From the NCBI GenBank assembly GCA_944391115.1, contig CALXSJ010000003.1, positions 167,574 to 231,573 on the forward strand: 64,000 nucleotides of DNA, given 5' to 3'. The notes under the pieces are model-generated. The model did not search any database. It worked only from the letters and a program-made list of their open reading frames with translations, and was not told the origin of the DNA. This document shows, piece by piece, positions 34,490 through 44,512 of this stretch (position 1 is the stretch's first letter; every line of letters starts with the position of its first letter). This stretch comes from an uncultured Victivallales bacterium (GTDB taxonomy: Bacteria > Verrucomicrobiota > Lentisphaeria > Victivallales > UBA1829). Position numbers and translations under genes: made by a program.

Positions 34490-36166
34490 TCAAACGCCTG
34501 TATTGCGCGGGGCGGTCCGGCGCAGCATTGCCGCCGCGTGTTTTTCCGCAAGTTCTCCGCCTCCGAGCATCCGGGCGATCTCGCCGATTCTGGATTCCGT
34601 GTCCAGTCTGGAAACGGAGGTTGTCGTCACATCCGCGGCGGATTCCTTGCTTACCATGAAATGGACGGCCGCGTTGCAGGCCACCTGGGGAAGGTGGGAG
34701 ATGCAGAGGATCTGCTTGCTGTCCGCCAGAGCCGCGATCTCCTGTCCGACGCGCGAAGCCGTCTCCCCTCCGATGTTGGCGTCGATTTCATCGAAAATCA
34801 GAATCGGAATGGAGTCCGCTTCCGCCAGAACCGTTTTGACGGCGAGCATGACGCGGGAGAGCTCCCCGCTGCTGGCGACTTCGCGAAGCGGCATCAGCGG
34901 AACGCCCGGATTGGCGGTGAAGAGAAATTCCACGCGGTCCGCCCCGTCTCCGCTCTCTTCCGTCTCCGAAAAGGCGACATCGAATCCGGAGCGCTTGAAT
35001 CCGAGCTTCTTCAGTTCCGCGGCGATGGCCTTGGCAATTGCCGCGCCCGCCTTCTTTCTGGCGGCGGAAAGTGTGGAACAAGCCTCGTGCAGACGCTTCT
35101 GCAGTTCCCGTTCCTTCCGTTCGAACTGCGTCCGGATTGCCTCGGAATTGTCGTATGCGTCGATTTTCGAGCGCAGGAAGGAGAGATGCCTGATCACATC
35201 GTCCAGGGCGGGTCCGTAGCGCCGTTTCAAGGTTTGAAGGATGCGCATCCGTTCCTCCATCGCCATGAACTCCCCTTCGTCGATTTCGACGTCGGAGGCG
35301 TGTCCGGCAAGATCGCCGGAAAGGGAGACGATCCGCGCTGTGATCTCCTCCATTTCGGCGACAAACTGTTCCGCATGGTCCGGATCGAATTTCTCCAGGT
35401 CTCCGAGCATTCTGCGGACTTGTCCCGCGCGGTCCGCAAGCGAGTCTTCGCATTCGGAAAGCGCGTTGGCGGCGGAAAGCGCGATTTCAATGATGCTTTT
35501 GGAGTGGGCCGCAATCGAATGTCTTGCTTCCAGCTCGGCATCCTCGCCGGGGACCGGAGCGGCCTTTTCAATTTCCGCGGCGTCGCGGCGGAAGCGCGCG
35601 GTTTCCTCCGCGGATGGCATGGTTTCCATGAATGCCTTTTTTTCCGCGCGCAAATCCGCCAGGACCTTCCACGCGGCCCGCACCTGAGCGAGTTCCGCGT
35701 CGAGTTTTCCGAAGCGGTCGAGCGTTTCCAGCTGCGTGCGGTTTTTCAGGAGCTGGTGGGAACCGTTCGCACCGTGAATGTCCACCAGGAGTTCCCCGAT
35801 CCTGTGCAGAATCTGAAGGGTCACGGGGGATTCGTTGATGAAATTCCGGCTGGAGGAGGCCGTGATGACCCGCCGGACCAGCAGGCTTTCCAGGGAGTCC
35901 GGTTCGATTCCGGCTTCCTCCAGGATGGCCCCGACGCGCGGCGCGGAATTTTTGTCAAGGGAGAATTCGCCGGAGACTTCGCAGCGGTCGGTGCCGATCC
36001 GGATGGCGGACTTGTCCGCCCGGCCGCCGAGAAGGAGTCCGACTCCGCCCATGATGACCGATTTTCCGGCTCCCGTTTCTCCGGTTATCACATTGAATCC
36101 GGGCCCGAATTCCAGATCCGCCCTGTCAACGAGGGCAAGGTTTTTCAAGCGCATCCATTTGAGCAT
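34490..36166 (-). CDS. recN: DNA repair protein RecN
   Basis: MLKWMRLKNLALV...VITGETGAGKSV (Walker A), SSGELSRVMLA (signature), ILIFDEIDANIGG (Walker B). The ORF-track N-terminal extension to 36640 is Arg-rich junk overlapping the upstream gene. Confidence 0.92.
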   Translation of the reverse strand: MLKWMRLKNLALVDRADLEFGPGFNVITGETGAGKSVIMGGVGLLLGGRADKSAIRIGTDRCEVSGEFSLDKNSAPRVGAILEEAGIEPDSLESLLVRRVITASSSRNFINESPVTLQILHRIGELLVDIHGANGSHQLLKNRTQLETLDRFGKLDAELAQVRAAWKVLADLRAEKKAFMETMPSAEETARFRRDAAEIEKAAPVPGEDAELEARHSIAAHSKSIIEIALSAANALSECEDSLADRAGQVRRMLGDLEKFDPDHAEQFVAEMEEITARIVSLSGDLAGHASDVEIDEGEFMAMEERMRILQTLKRRYGPALDDVIRHLSFLRSKIDAYDNSEAIRTQFERKERELQKRLHEACSTLSAARKKAGAAIAKAIAAELKKLGFKRSGFDVAFSETEESGDGADRVEFLFTANPGVPLMPLREVASSGELSRVMLAVKTVLAEADSIPILIFDEIDANIGGETASRVGQEIAALADSKQILCISHLPQVACNAAVHFMVSKESAADVTTTSVSRLDTESRIGEIARMLGGGELAEKHAAAMLRRTAPRNTGV

Positions 36167-36309
36167 GTTCCCGATATCCTGTCTCTGAATGAAGTTTCGC
36201 TGGTAATATACTTCATTCCCGGAAAAAACCAATTCCCGGCGGCAAAAATATCGGAAGGGAGTTTTCTTCCGGGTTCTCCGGGAAGGATCGGAGCGTCTGC
36301 GCATGCGCT

Positions 36310-38748
36310 CTATTTTTCCTGCTGTGCGGAGGGCGGGGCCGGATCGTAGATTTTCCGCATGGAGACGTCGTCGATGTAAAGGCGCGAGTCGGCGGACTGG
36401 AGCGGCGGGCGGACGGCGAAGACGACGCGTTTCGCATCCTGCGGCATGGTGAAGCAGAATTCCAGCAGGACCCATTTCCCGACGGCTTCCGCCGGAACCG
36501 CCGCGCTGGCGAGCCAGGAACCGTTCGTCCAGTCCTTCCGGATGGAGACCGAGCCGAGATCGCCGTGCGCCGTTGCATCGTTCCGCTTCACGCGGCATGT
36601 GACACGGTAGCGTCCGCCTTTCGCGGGCACGATTCCCCATGTGTATGCCAGCATGTCATTCAGATTCTTCCCGAATGCCAGAGCACGTTCTCCGGAGAAC
36701 TTTTCCGTGCTGCTCCAGAAGACGTCCGTCTCCATTTTGCTGGAGCGCCATACGCCCCAGCCTCTGATCCCGGAAGGATCGCTCTGCTCCTGTCCCGGTT
36801 CCGGTTCAAAGCCGCCGTTTACGATATATTCCCGGTTTTCCGGATCGGTGTAGTTCTGGGTCAGGAAGAGCGCTTTCAGTTCGGGATCGGCGCTCTTTTC
36901 CGCCTGCGTCTTCCAGAATTGCCTTGTCTGATCCGGATCAGTGGCATGTTTCCGTTTCAGATAGGCTGTCGCGCGGGAGAGGGCCGGATCCGCCGTGCGT
37001 TCCAGAATCGGACGGGGAAGAAGATTGTACTGCGAGCGGAATTTCTCCAGACTCATGCGCTTTTTGTAGAAAATCTCATCTTCAATGCCCGGGCTGAACC
37101 GGAAATTCCGGATGTGCTCCAGTCCGGCATATCCCCGGCGCAGTTTCCGCAGCAGGTTTTCCAGGTCCACATCGCTCCCGATCTTCTGATCCGCGATCTC
37201 GCGGGAGGTCAGGTAAAGATCCAGATAGGAGCGGAAGAGCGAGTAGAACTCTTTCAGGCGCAGGAACCGTCGTTTGAAGGGTTCCGCCTGCGCCGTCCGT
37301 TCTGCGGAGGCAAGCTGTGCGTCCAGATACGCCAGATCGTTTCTCGTGTAGAATTTCATCTGATCGGGCGAACGCCAGTAGCGGAAGGTCGAAAAGATAT
37401 CGGGATCGCGTTCCGCGACTTCCTCGATGCGGCGGAAGAAGCGGGAAACCGCCGCGGAACTTTTCCCGTACATGGAGTCGAAATAGTCTTTCAGGAGAGC
37501 GTCCGCGTCGGCGTTCAGATTCCACGCCCCTTCGTCCAGAACATACTGGCGCGCGCCTTCGATTACGGTTTCACAGGGGAAATATTCGTTGAAAAGGACG
37601 CTCAATCCGAATTCCCGGTGCAGTTTTCTCCAGCGCTCCAGCTGCTTGTGCGGGAAGTAGCGGGGAATGAGGAAACCGCTTCCTGCGGTGTAGAGATAGT
37701 CGTAAACGCCGAAATGCCGGATGCCGGTTTTCTTCCACTCCCGCATCAGGGACTCGTTGATGCCGATGGTTTCGACCAGGATGTTCGGTTCCATCCGGAT
37801 GTTTTTCGGAACCGCCGAGGATCTTTTCCCGTAGGCGATGAAGGAAAGATATTTGCCCGGATGCCGTTTCGCGAGCGCCTTTGCCGCCTTGTTGTAGAAG
37901 CCCGCATACTGATTGCCGTATTTTTCATATTCTCCGTTGCAGAAGGAACAGAGACAGTCTCCGGCGGAATCATTCACGCCGAGGGGCAGTGAGATCATCC
38001 GCGGATTCCTTTTGAAATAACGGTCCGCGTATTCCATGGTGAGCTTGAGCAGTTCCGGATTGGCGAGACAGGGCTGCCAGCCTGCGCGCGAACGGGGAGG
38101 CGGAACCCTCCGCTTCCCGTCGATCAGCGGATAGAATTCCGGATGCGTTTTTCCGTAGACCTCCGGCGGGATGACCTCCCAGAAGGCATGGGTTCCCTTG
38201 CTTCTCATGCGGTCCGCCCGGGAGAAATAAGGATTCGGCGTGCCTCCCGCCAGATAGGATGCGATGTCCGGTTTTTCAAAGATGCGGACGGTTGCCGGCA
38301 GTTTGATCGATTCCAGTTCCGGGACGACCTCCTCCGACGGCATTCCCCCGAACTGCCGGTAAGGCGTGAAGCGTTTCAGAAAGTCGTAAAGGCCGTACCG
38401 GATGTTGCCGCCGATGTTCAGGGTTTTCCCGTCTTCGCAGAGCAGAAAGTAAACAGCATCCTTGTCCGTCCGGTTCATTTCCGCGGATTCCCGCGGAGAG
38501 AGAAAACGGATCACGTAATTGTCGAGCTTCGGATCAATTTTCCGGTAAATGGGCAGTTTTTTGCCTGCGGCGCGTCCCAGAATCTCGGAGAGAAGGCTGC
38601 GGCAGGTGATGTCGCCTTGCGGATCCAGCGCAAGATTCATTCGTTTTCCGTTGATTTCAATCAGTCCGTTTCCCGCTTCGGGCGGCAGTTTTCCCGCACA
38701 GACGGTCAAGGCCGGAATCAGAGCAAGAAAAGAGAGGCGGATTTTCAT
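36310..38748 (-). CDS. secreted DUF4838-like protein with C-terminal CBM4/9-like domain (paralog a)
   Basis: Signal peptide MKIRLSFLALIPALTVCAG. Shared paralog motif CLCSFCNGEY...FIAYG. C-terminal NGGFE...W...YIDDVSM, typical of CBM4_9. Confidence 0.6.
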   Translation of the reverse strand: MKIRLSFLALIPALTVCAGKLPPEAGNGLIEINGKRMNLALDPQGDITCRSLLSEILGRAAGKKLPIYRKIDPKLDNYVIRFLSPRESAEMNRTDKDAVYFLLCEDGKTLNIGGNIRYGLYDFLKRFTPYRQFGGMPSEEVVPELESIKLPATVRIFEKPDIASYLAGGTPNPYFSRADRMRSKGTHAFWEVIPPEVYGKTHPEFYPLIDGKRRVPPPRSRAGWQPCLANPELLKLTMEYADRYFKRNPRMISLPLGVNDSAGDCLCSFCNGEYEKYGNQYAGFYNKAAKALAKRHPGKYLSFIAYGKRSSAVPKNIRMEPNILVETIGINESLMREWKKTGIRHFGVYDYLYTAGSGFLIPRYFPHKQLERWRKLHREFGLSVLFNEYFPCETVIEGARQYVLDEGAWNLNADADALLKDYFDSMYGKSSAAVSRFFRRIEEVAERDPDIFSTFRYWRSPDQMKFYTRNDLAYLDAQLASAERTAQAEPFKRRFLRLKEFYSLFRSYLDLYLTSREIADQKIGSDVDLENLLRKLRRGYAGLEHIRNFRFSPGIEDEIFYKKRMSLEKFRSQYNLLPRPILERTADPALSRATAYLKRKHATDPDQTRQFWKTQAEKSADPELKALFLTQNYTDPENREYIVNGGFEPEPGQEQSDPSGIRGWGVWRSSKMETDVFWSSTEKFSGERALAFGKNLNDMLAYTWGIVPAKGGRYRVTCRVKRNDATAHGDLGSVSIRKDWTNGSWLASAAVPAEAVGKWVLLEFCFTMPQDAKRVVFAVRPPLQSADSRLYIDDVSMRKIYDPAPPSAQQEK

Positions 38749-40049
38749 TTTTCATTTTCCTTCCAGGGGGAGGTTGTGATCTTCAGCGGACGTGTTTCCG
38801 TCAGTGTGCCGGAACGGTCCCGCAGCGTATATTCCACGCGGTAGTCTCCGGGAGCCAGACGTTCCGAAGGCAGGGTTACGGTCATGGAACGGACGCTGAC
38901 CGGTAAAATCTTCCCGGCATTTCCGTTTTTCCCCGTGATCCGGCACTCCAGAGAGAGCGCATCTTCGGGAAAGGCGACGTCAAGCGCGGTGCCGGGCGCT
39001 TCGCCCTGATACTGGATGAACGGATGCGCCGTGACCTTCAGCGCATGCGGGACGTCCAGGTTGCGGAATATCTGCCGCACCGTTTTTCCGTTGCCGGCTT
39101 TCACGGCGAGCGTCAGCAGATGCTTTGCGCCGGACAGAAGGCGCGGACGCAGCGGAATTTCCTTCTTTTCCCCGCTTTGCAGAACGATTTTCTGTTCGGC
39201 GAGGACGAGATGTTTTCCGTTCCGGTAATCTTCCGCGATGACGCTTCCTTCCCATGGCGCCCGGGTGTTGTTGACGACCGTGCAGCGGATTGTGTTTTCG
39301 CCCCTTTTCAGACGTTCGGGAAAGCGGACGTCGTCAAGAAAAACCTTCCAGGGGGTGAGGTTGAGTCCTTCCACTTTTCCGAACCGTTCCGTGAAATGGA
39401 AATCCCCGTATGCGCAGCTCCAGCTGGAAAGTTCGCTCGGAAGCACATACTTCTCCCGGCAGAGGTTCATGGCGAATGCGGTCTTTCCGGGCGTGATGCC
39501 GAGCGTATAGAAGGGGATGGCGAACTCCGCCGTATATCCCGCTTTCCCGACGTGAACCGCATACTGCCAGACGCCGTTCCATTTCTCGTCGCCGTTCCGG
39601 GTGGAGCGGTCGAAGCCGACGCCGTCGTAGTTCACGACAAACTGATAGAGTTTTTCCGGGTCGGCAGGATCGGCAATGTAAACTTCCAGACAGTCGTCCA
39701 TCCAGACCTTGCCGTCGAATTTGCGCCCGCTGGGAGTGAACCATTTCTGAATGTCCCTGTCCTGCGCGTCGAATGCGACATAGAGATTGACGTCGTCGAA
39801 GACAACCATGGCATGCGTGTGAAAGAGCGGTTTTTTCGGTGTGTTGAAGAGCACGAAGGCCGGGGTGCGCACCGCGTTTTTCCAGACAGGATCATCCAGT
39901 TTCCCGTCGATGCGCGGCGGTTCCTCGCACCGGACGAGCTTCATGCGGGGAACGGGAATTTTTTTCTCCGTTCCGGAGAGTTCCGCAGCGGATCCTGCGG
40001 CGAGCAGGAGAAGAATCAGAAGTGTTTTCATTGCCGTTTTCATTTGCAT
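38745..40049 (-). CDS. secreted CBM9-like (DOMON-like) carbohydrate-binding protein
   Basis: Signal peptide. PPRIDGKLDDPVWKNA...YVAFDAQD...AEFAIPF pattern of carbohydrate-binding family 9. 4-nt overlap with the downstream gene. Confidence 0.6.
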   Translation of the reverse strand: MQMKTAMKTLLILLLLAAGSAAELSGTEKKIPVPRMKLVRCEEPPRIDGKLDDPVWKNAVRTPAFVLFNTPKKPLFHTHAMVVFDDVNLYVAFDAQDRDIQKWFTPSGRKFDGKVWMDDCLEVYIADPADPEKLYQFVVNYDGVGFDRSTRNGDEKWNGVWQYAVHVGKAGYTAEFAIPFYTLGITPGKTAFAMNLCREKYVLPSELSSWSCAYGDFHFTERFGKVEGLNLTPWKVFLDDVRFPERLKRGENTIRCTVVNNTRAPWEGSVIAEDYRNGKHLVLAEQKIVLQSGEKKEIPLRPRLLSGAKHLLTLAVKAGNGKTVRQIFRNLDVPHALKVTAHPFIQYQGEAPGTALDVAFPEDALSLECRITGKNGNAGKILPVSVRSMTVTLPSERLAPGDYRVEYTLRDRSGTLTETRPLKITTSPWKENEK

Positions 40050-42319
40050 ACCTCCCGGAGAAGCATGATTTCCTGTGCAGCCGCCCAGCGGATTTTTTCC
40101 ATGGCGGGTTCGTCCATCACGCCGTTTTTATCGACTTCATTCCAGAACGGAATCATCTCCCCTTTCAGCTGTCCGAGGAATTTTTCCGCCCGGTCCGCCT
40201 CACTGTTTCTGCCCTGTTCCCGCGCACTCCGGATCATCCGCTCCAGCGTATACGCATATTTGTAATCCGTCACGCCTTCACGGAGTCCTTCCCCCGCCAG
40301 TGTCGTGTTGGAGACCCGCTTCACCGGCGTTTCGATCTCTTGTGAGGAGCCGAACTCCTTTCGCGCGTAAACCATGTAATAACTCATCCTGCCGAATTCC
40401 AGTTCGTCGCGGTCGGGACCTGCCCCATACGTCCATGCCACACAGGCGGGCAATCCGGTCCGGTAGAAGAGAAAACCGCTCTGATAACGGTTGGTGATGC
40501 CGGTTCCGGGCACATAGCTTCCCGGCCCGAGGAGCCAGAGTTTCGTGCGCTGGCGTTTTGCCGCTGCGGAAAGGCGGTCATAATACTCCTTCGAGAATTT
40601 TACGTTGCCATTTACGGAAACATCCAGTCCCCATTTCCCGAATTCCACGAACTCCCGATAAGGATACACGGTGGAGGAGGTCCTGACTCCGGCCTTTTTC
40701 GCGAGCGGATATTCCCATGCCGCCTGGGAGAGTCCGCCGTAAATATGCGGTTCGTCCAGTCCCTGATAGTACCAGGCGGAACCTTTGAAGTGTTTCTTCA
40801 TCCAGGAGTCCAGTTTCCGCAGGTGCTCCACGAAGGCGTCCGCGAGTTTCGGATCTCTGCATTCGGGGTAGGGGAATCTGCGGTGATCGGAGAGGTTTTT
40901 TCCGTAAAGGTTCCGGTACATGGTTCCCTCCAGTCCCCAGCCGAAGTCAATGACAAGCGGTCCGCGCATCCCGGCAGCTTTCAGACGTTCGCAGAGAATG
41001 CGCGCCGCCTGTTCCGTATAGATCCCGCCGTGATGGATCATGCCGGTCTGCCCGTAGGAGGCAATCTCCTCGAAATGTTTTTTCTGGATGTCGGCGCGGC
41101 GGTTGTTTCTGTATCCTCCGGCCCAGAAACTGCCGCCGTACATGATCCAGTCCGCCGGCGGCTTCCGCAGCGTGAAGGGCAGCACGCGGAGCACAACGGG
41201 AATCCGGCACTCCAGATTCTTTCCCGTCAGGCGGACCGTGCCGCGGTAGAATCCCGCGGGCGTGTCTTCCGGAAGGCGCGCCTGCATCCAGAGAAAGGTA
41301 TTGGCGTCTTTTCCGGCGGAGAGAGGCTCAAACGGGTAGAGCACCTCTGGAATTGTGAAATATTCCGTGCTGCTCCAGGCCGGCTTGTTGCGGAAGGGAA
41401 CGTGGAAGAGTTCCCATGCTTCCGGCGCGATCTCATGCTTCCCGTCCGCGCTTCTCAGCATGGAAACTTGAAAGGAATCCAGCGTGACCCCGCGGAAGGT
41501 ATGCAGAACGAAATGGAGATTGCAGTATTCCCCCGGCACGGTGAATTTACGGAGCGCATCTGTGATTTCGCCGCGTCCCGGACGGCTTTCCGGCGCGATC
41601 CGGGATGGTTCCCTGCGGTAGACGACCCAGCCCCGTTTCCGTTCCTCCGGCGTATAATCCGCGGGCGGGTCCTGGATTACACGTGTCCGTTTCCAGATGC
41701 GTTTCCCCGCACGCAGAACCCCATCGGGGAAAGGGATCTCCCGCATGGACGGAGAGGAGAGTTTCAGTTCGCCGTTTCCTGCGAAGGAGAAGGATACCGA
41801 TACGGATTCCGTCGTGATCGGTGTAAGGAGCTTCAGGCCTCCGATGGTGATTTCCCTTGCTTTTCCGGATGGCTCAAAATCGAAGGTCCGCACAGATTCG
41901 CCGCCCGCCGCGCCCATGGCTTCCCGATCCCCGTGAAATATGACTGTGACACGCAGCGCCTTGTCATGAAAGCGGTTGACCTCTCCGCTTGTGCGATAGG
42001 TGAAGCGCAGCGCGTAGGGCGTCAGCTCCCGGACGGCGATTTTTCCCGTTGTGCCGACCGTGCCGCGCCCCCGGTTTTCTGTCTGAATCGCAAGTCCCCC
42101 TTCTGCAATGGAACGCTCCGCCGAGAGCGCGGGAGTGCTCCGGAACTCCCATGCTGTGCTTTTTTCGTCAAGACAAGGCAGGATTCCGCTCTCCTGGCCT
42201 GGCGTGGCGCAGCACGCGGAGATGCCGCAGAGTGCGCCGGCACATAAAAGAAGCGCCGTTTTGCTCCCCGCAAGGCATGACACTGAAAATTTCGTTCTCT
42301 CTTTTTCCGGTGATCTCAT
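40040..42319 (-). CDS. lipoprotein, DUF4091/GH123-like glycoside hydrolase candidate (paralog of 51571-53412)
   Basis: Lipobox-like LCGISAC. Shares VLRVLPFTL and TLAGEGLREGVTDYKY blocks with the 51571-53412 protein. ATG at 42319 follows GGAGGA; the ORF track starts at 42331. Confidence 0.5.
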   Translation of the reverse strand: MRSPEKERTKFSVSCLAGSKTALLLCAGALCGISACCATPGQESGILPCLDEKSTAWEFRSTPALSAERSIAEGGLAIQTENRGRGTVGTTGKIAVRELTPYALRFTYRTSGEVNRFHDKALRVTVIFHGDREAMGAAGGESVRTFDFEPSGKAREITIGGLKLLTPITTESVSVSFSFAGNGELKLSSPSMREIPFPDGVLRAGKRIWKRTRVIQDPPADYTPEERKRGWVVYRREPSRIAPESRPGRGEITDALRKFTVPGEYCNLHFVLHTFRGVTLDSFQVSMLRSADGKHEIAPEAWELFHVPFRNKPAWSSTEYFTIPEVLYPFEPLSAGKDANTFLWMQARLPEDTPAGFYRGTVRLTGKNLECRIPVVLRVLPFTLRKPPADWIMYGGSFWAGGYRNNRRADIQKKHFEEIASYGQTGMIHHGGIYTEQAARILCERLKAAGMRGPLVIDFGWGLEGTMYRNLYGKNLSDHRRFPYPECRDPKLADAFVEHLRKLDSWMKKHFKGSAWYYQGLDEPHIYGGLSQAAWEYPLAKKAGVRTSSTVYPYREFVEFGKWGLDVSVNGNVKFSKEYYDRLSAAAKRQRTKLWLLGPGSYVPGTGITNRYQSGFLFYRTGLPACVAWTYGAGPDRDELEFGRMSYYMVYARKEFGSSQEIETPVKRVSNTTLAGEGLREGVTDYKYAYTLERMIRSAREQGRNSEADRAEKFLGQLKGEMIPFWNEVDKNGVMDEPAMEKIRWAAAQEIMLLREVCK

Positions 42320-42339
42320 GAATTCCTCCATTATCTGTT

Positions 42340-43074
42340 TTACGGGATCTGCAGCGGCACCGCGTCTCCTGTCGTCCAGTAGAATATCTTCGAGCCGACG
42401 GTTGTTTTCCCGTTCAGGTCTTTGAAATTATGCCATTTGACGCTGAAGTCCGGCATGACCCAGCCGGAACCCTCCGGATGATTGACGAAGTGAGGTCCTC
42501 CGGTATTCAGGATATACTGATCTCCCGCAAGCGGCACAACGTCGAATTTTTTCGAGAAGCTGTTCCATTGCGGGCGGTTCCGTTTCAGGGGATTGGTGAC
42601 GTTCCAGCGGTCCCAGTTGGAGGTGGAGCCGATTCCCGCGAGAAGCATATAGCAGGTCCGGTTTCCCTTTTCATGTTCGCTTGCTCCGTCCGGCATGTGG
42701 AAGGCTGGGCATTTCAGAAGCCCCTCACGCGCCTCCTTCATGGAATAGGCGATGCTGTAATGAAGATAGGTTTTGACGAAATAATAAAGGCCGCTCATGG
42801 GTTCGCCGCTGTTTCCCCTCCGCCAGTCGCACGGATCGTTTGCCGTTGCGCCGGGATTCGGAAAATAGTCGTTCCAGTCATTGGCGTAGTTCAGCAGACT
42901 GAGTCCGACCTGCCGCAGATTGCCCGTGCAGGCCGTCCGCAGGGCCTTGCTTCTGGCTTTTCCGAGAGCGGGAAGAAGAAGTCCGGCAAGAATTACAATG
43001 ATTGATATGACAACAAGAAGTTCTATCAGCGTAAATGAATTTCTTTTCATGTTGTTCAACTCCTTTCCTTTCAT
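42340..43074 (-). CDS. prepilin-type N-terminal helix / H-X9-DG family pseudopilin-like protein (variant H-X9-DF)
   Basis: [24 protein letters not shown] and C-terminal [15 protein letters not shown] at 43074 overlaps the upstream stop (TGATG). An alternative ATG at 43050 ([12 protein letters not shown]) has AAGGAG 9 nt upstream. Confidence 0.8.
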   Translation of the reverse strand: MKGKELNNMKRNSFTLIELLVVISIIVILAGLLLPALGKARSKALRTACTGNLRQVGLSLLNYANDWNDYFPNPGATANDPCDWRRGNSGEPMSGLYYFVKTYLHYSIAYSMKEAREGLLKCPAFHMPDGASEHEKGNRTCYMLLAGIGSTSNWDRWNVTNPLKRNRPQWNSFSKKFDVVPLAGDQYILNTGGPHFVNHPEGSGWVMPDFSVKWHNFKDLNGKTTVGSKIFYWTTGDAVPLQIP

Positions 43075-44078
43075 CAAAGCTCCGTATAACTGCTTTTCAC
43101 CATATGGATGAGTTTCAATGTTCCGTATTTGGCCGCTTTGTCATTTTTATCGCCCGGGATCATATCGTCATAGAAGCGCCAGGGCGCCTCGTCCGTGCTC
43201 AGATTGTGCGCGATGACATAAGGTTTTCCGATTCCCGGGTGCTGTTCCAGGTATTTGAGATATCCGATCCAGTGATCGAGGCGGAAGAATATCACGTCGG
43301 GGTGCTGTTTTTCCAGGAGTTCCTTGGCTACGGAATAGCCGTCGTCGTTGCAGTAATACAGCAGGGATTCGTCCACTTTTTTTTCCGCTTTCACCAGCGC
43401 TTCCCGGACCTCCCGGAGCGACTCCCTGTGCGAAAGGAAATACTCGACTCCGGTGATGGCTGCGATTCGTTCGCCGCCCGAACGGCGGAAGGCTTCCGCC
43501 ATAAGTTTCACCGTGTGACGGCTTTTGCGCGGAAGCGACTGCGGATGGTGCGGGGAGATATCATAGTTTCCCAGCACGAAATAAGGGATCCCGCGGCCTT
43601 TCATCGTCTCGAGAAGCTTGTCGTCGACGATCCCGGTAATCAGCAGTCCGTCAATTTCCGGGTTGCGGTCGAGCCATTCCCCGAGTCCCCAGTCCTCATT
43701 GTAATTGCTTCCGGGGAGAACCTGAAACCCCTCGTGGCGTGCGACGCGGTAGATTTTTTCCATCATGGCGCCCTGCATCATCGGATTTTCCCGGTTGTTG
43801 AAGAATCCAATCTGGTAGCAGAGTCCGCTTTTCAGGTTCGAACTGACGAATGTCCCCTGTTTCGTATCCGTATAAACAAGTCCGGCGCGGCTCAGGATGG
43901 CAATGGCGGAAAGCACCACCTGACGCCCCACTCCGAGCTTTTCCGCAAGCGCGCGCACGGATGGAATTTTTGCTCCGGGATTGAATTTCCCGTCGCGGAT
44001 CATCCTTGTCAGGTGCGTTGCGACAATCTGGCATTGCGGCGCATAGATCGTCTTGTCAAGTGGAATATTGCTGACCAT
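43074..44078 (-). CDS. GntR-type wHTH + LacI/PBP-type sugar-binding domain transcriptional regulator
   Basis: [32 protein letters not shown] (GntR wHTH) followed by a ~250-aa periplasmic-binding-protein-like domain. Confidence 0.75.
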   Translation of the reverse strand: MVSNIPLDKTIYAPQCQIVATHLTRMIRDGKFNPGAKIPSVRALAEKLGVGRQVVLSAIAILSRAGLVYTDTKQGTFVSSNLKSGLCYQIGFFNNRENPMMQGAMMEKIYRVARHEGFQVLPGSNYNEDWGLGEWLDRNPEIDGLLITGIVDDKLLETMKGRGIPYFVLGNYDISPHHPQSLPRKSRHTVKLMAEAFRRSGGERIAAITGVEYFLSHRESLREVREALVKAEKKVDESLLYYCNDDGYSVAKELLEKQHPDVIFFRLDHWIGYLKYLEQHPGIGKPYVIAHNLSTDEAPWRFYDDMIPGDKNDKAAKYGTLKLIHMVKSSYTEL

Positions 44079-44150
44079 TCGAACTCCATTTTATTATTCT
44101 GACATATAAAAATATGGATAAAATATATTTTTATTTATGTCACAAGGGTA

Positions 44151-44178
44151 ATTATATGATATTTTGGGCATTTGTCAA
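44151..44178 (-). promoter_or_regulatory. consensus sigma70 promoter for the regulator/pseudopilin/CAZyme operon (module 2)
   Basis: On the minus strand, TTGACA (44178-44173), 16 nt, TATAAT (44156-44151). Confidence 0.6.
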
Positions 44179-44463
44179 TAGGCAAAATAAAAAAATGGAG
44201 AAAAAAGGCACCTGGGTTCGGGATTTTGTATGCATTGAAAATGTTGGAAGCGCATGCTCCGCCGCTCCGGAGTCTCTGGGATCGGGGAAGGGGATATGAA
44301 AGCCGCTTGCGGCTCCATGAACCTTTTTTCCGGGAAAGCCCTGAAAAAATGAGCCCGTGCAAATCCTGTGTCGAATGTCATCTTCCCCCGATGGATTTCC
44401 CGCGTCATGGATCAGGATGTTCCGGTGTCGGACCGGGAAGCGCGGGATCATGCTCTTTGCGGC

Positions 44464-44491
44464 TTGCAATCCGGACAGGACGGGATATAAT
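44464..44491 (+). promoter_or_regulatory. near-consensus sigma70 promoter for the AraC gene (module 3)
   Basis: TTGCAA (44464-69), 16 nt, TATAAT (44486-91). Confidence 0.55.
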
Positions 44492-44512
44492 ATGCCATGA
44501 TCGGGTCATGAA

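Noticed and set aside
33311-36166. Prophage or phage-inducible island around the TerS-like gene.
   Set aside because: No integrase, large terminase, portal, capsid or tail genes, tRNA attachment site or flanking direct repeats are visible. The neighbours are gcvH and recN.
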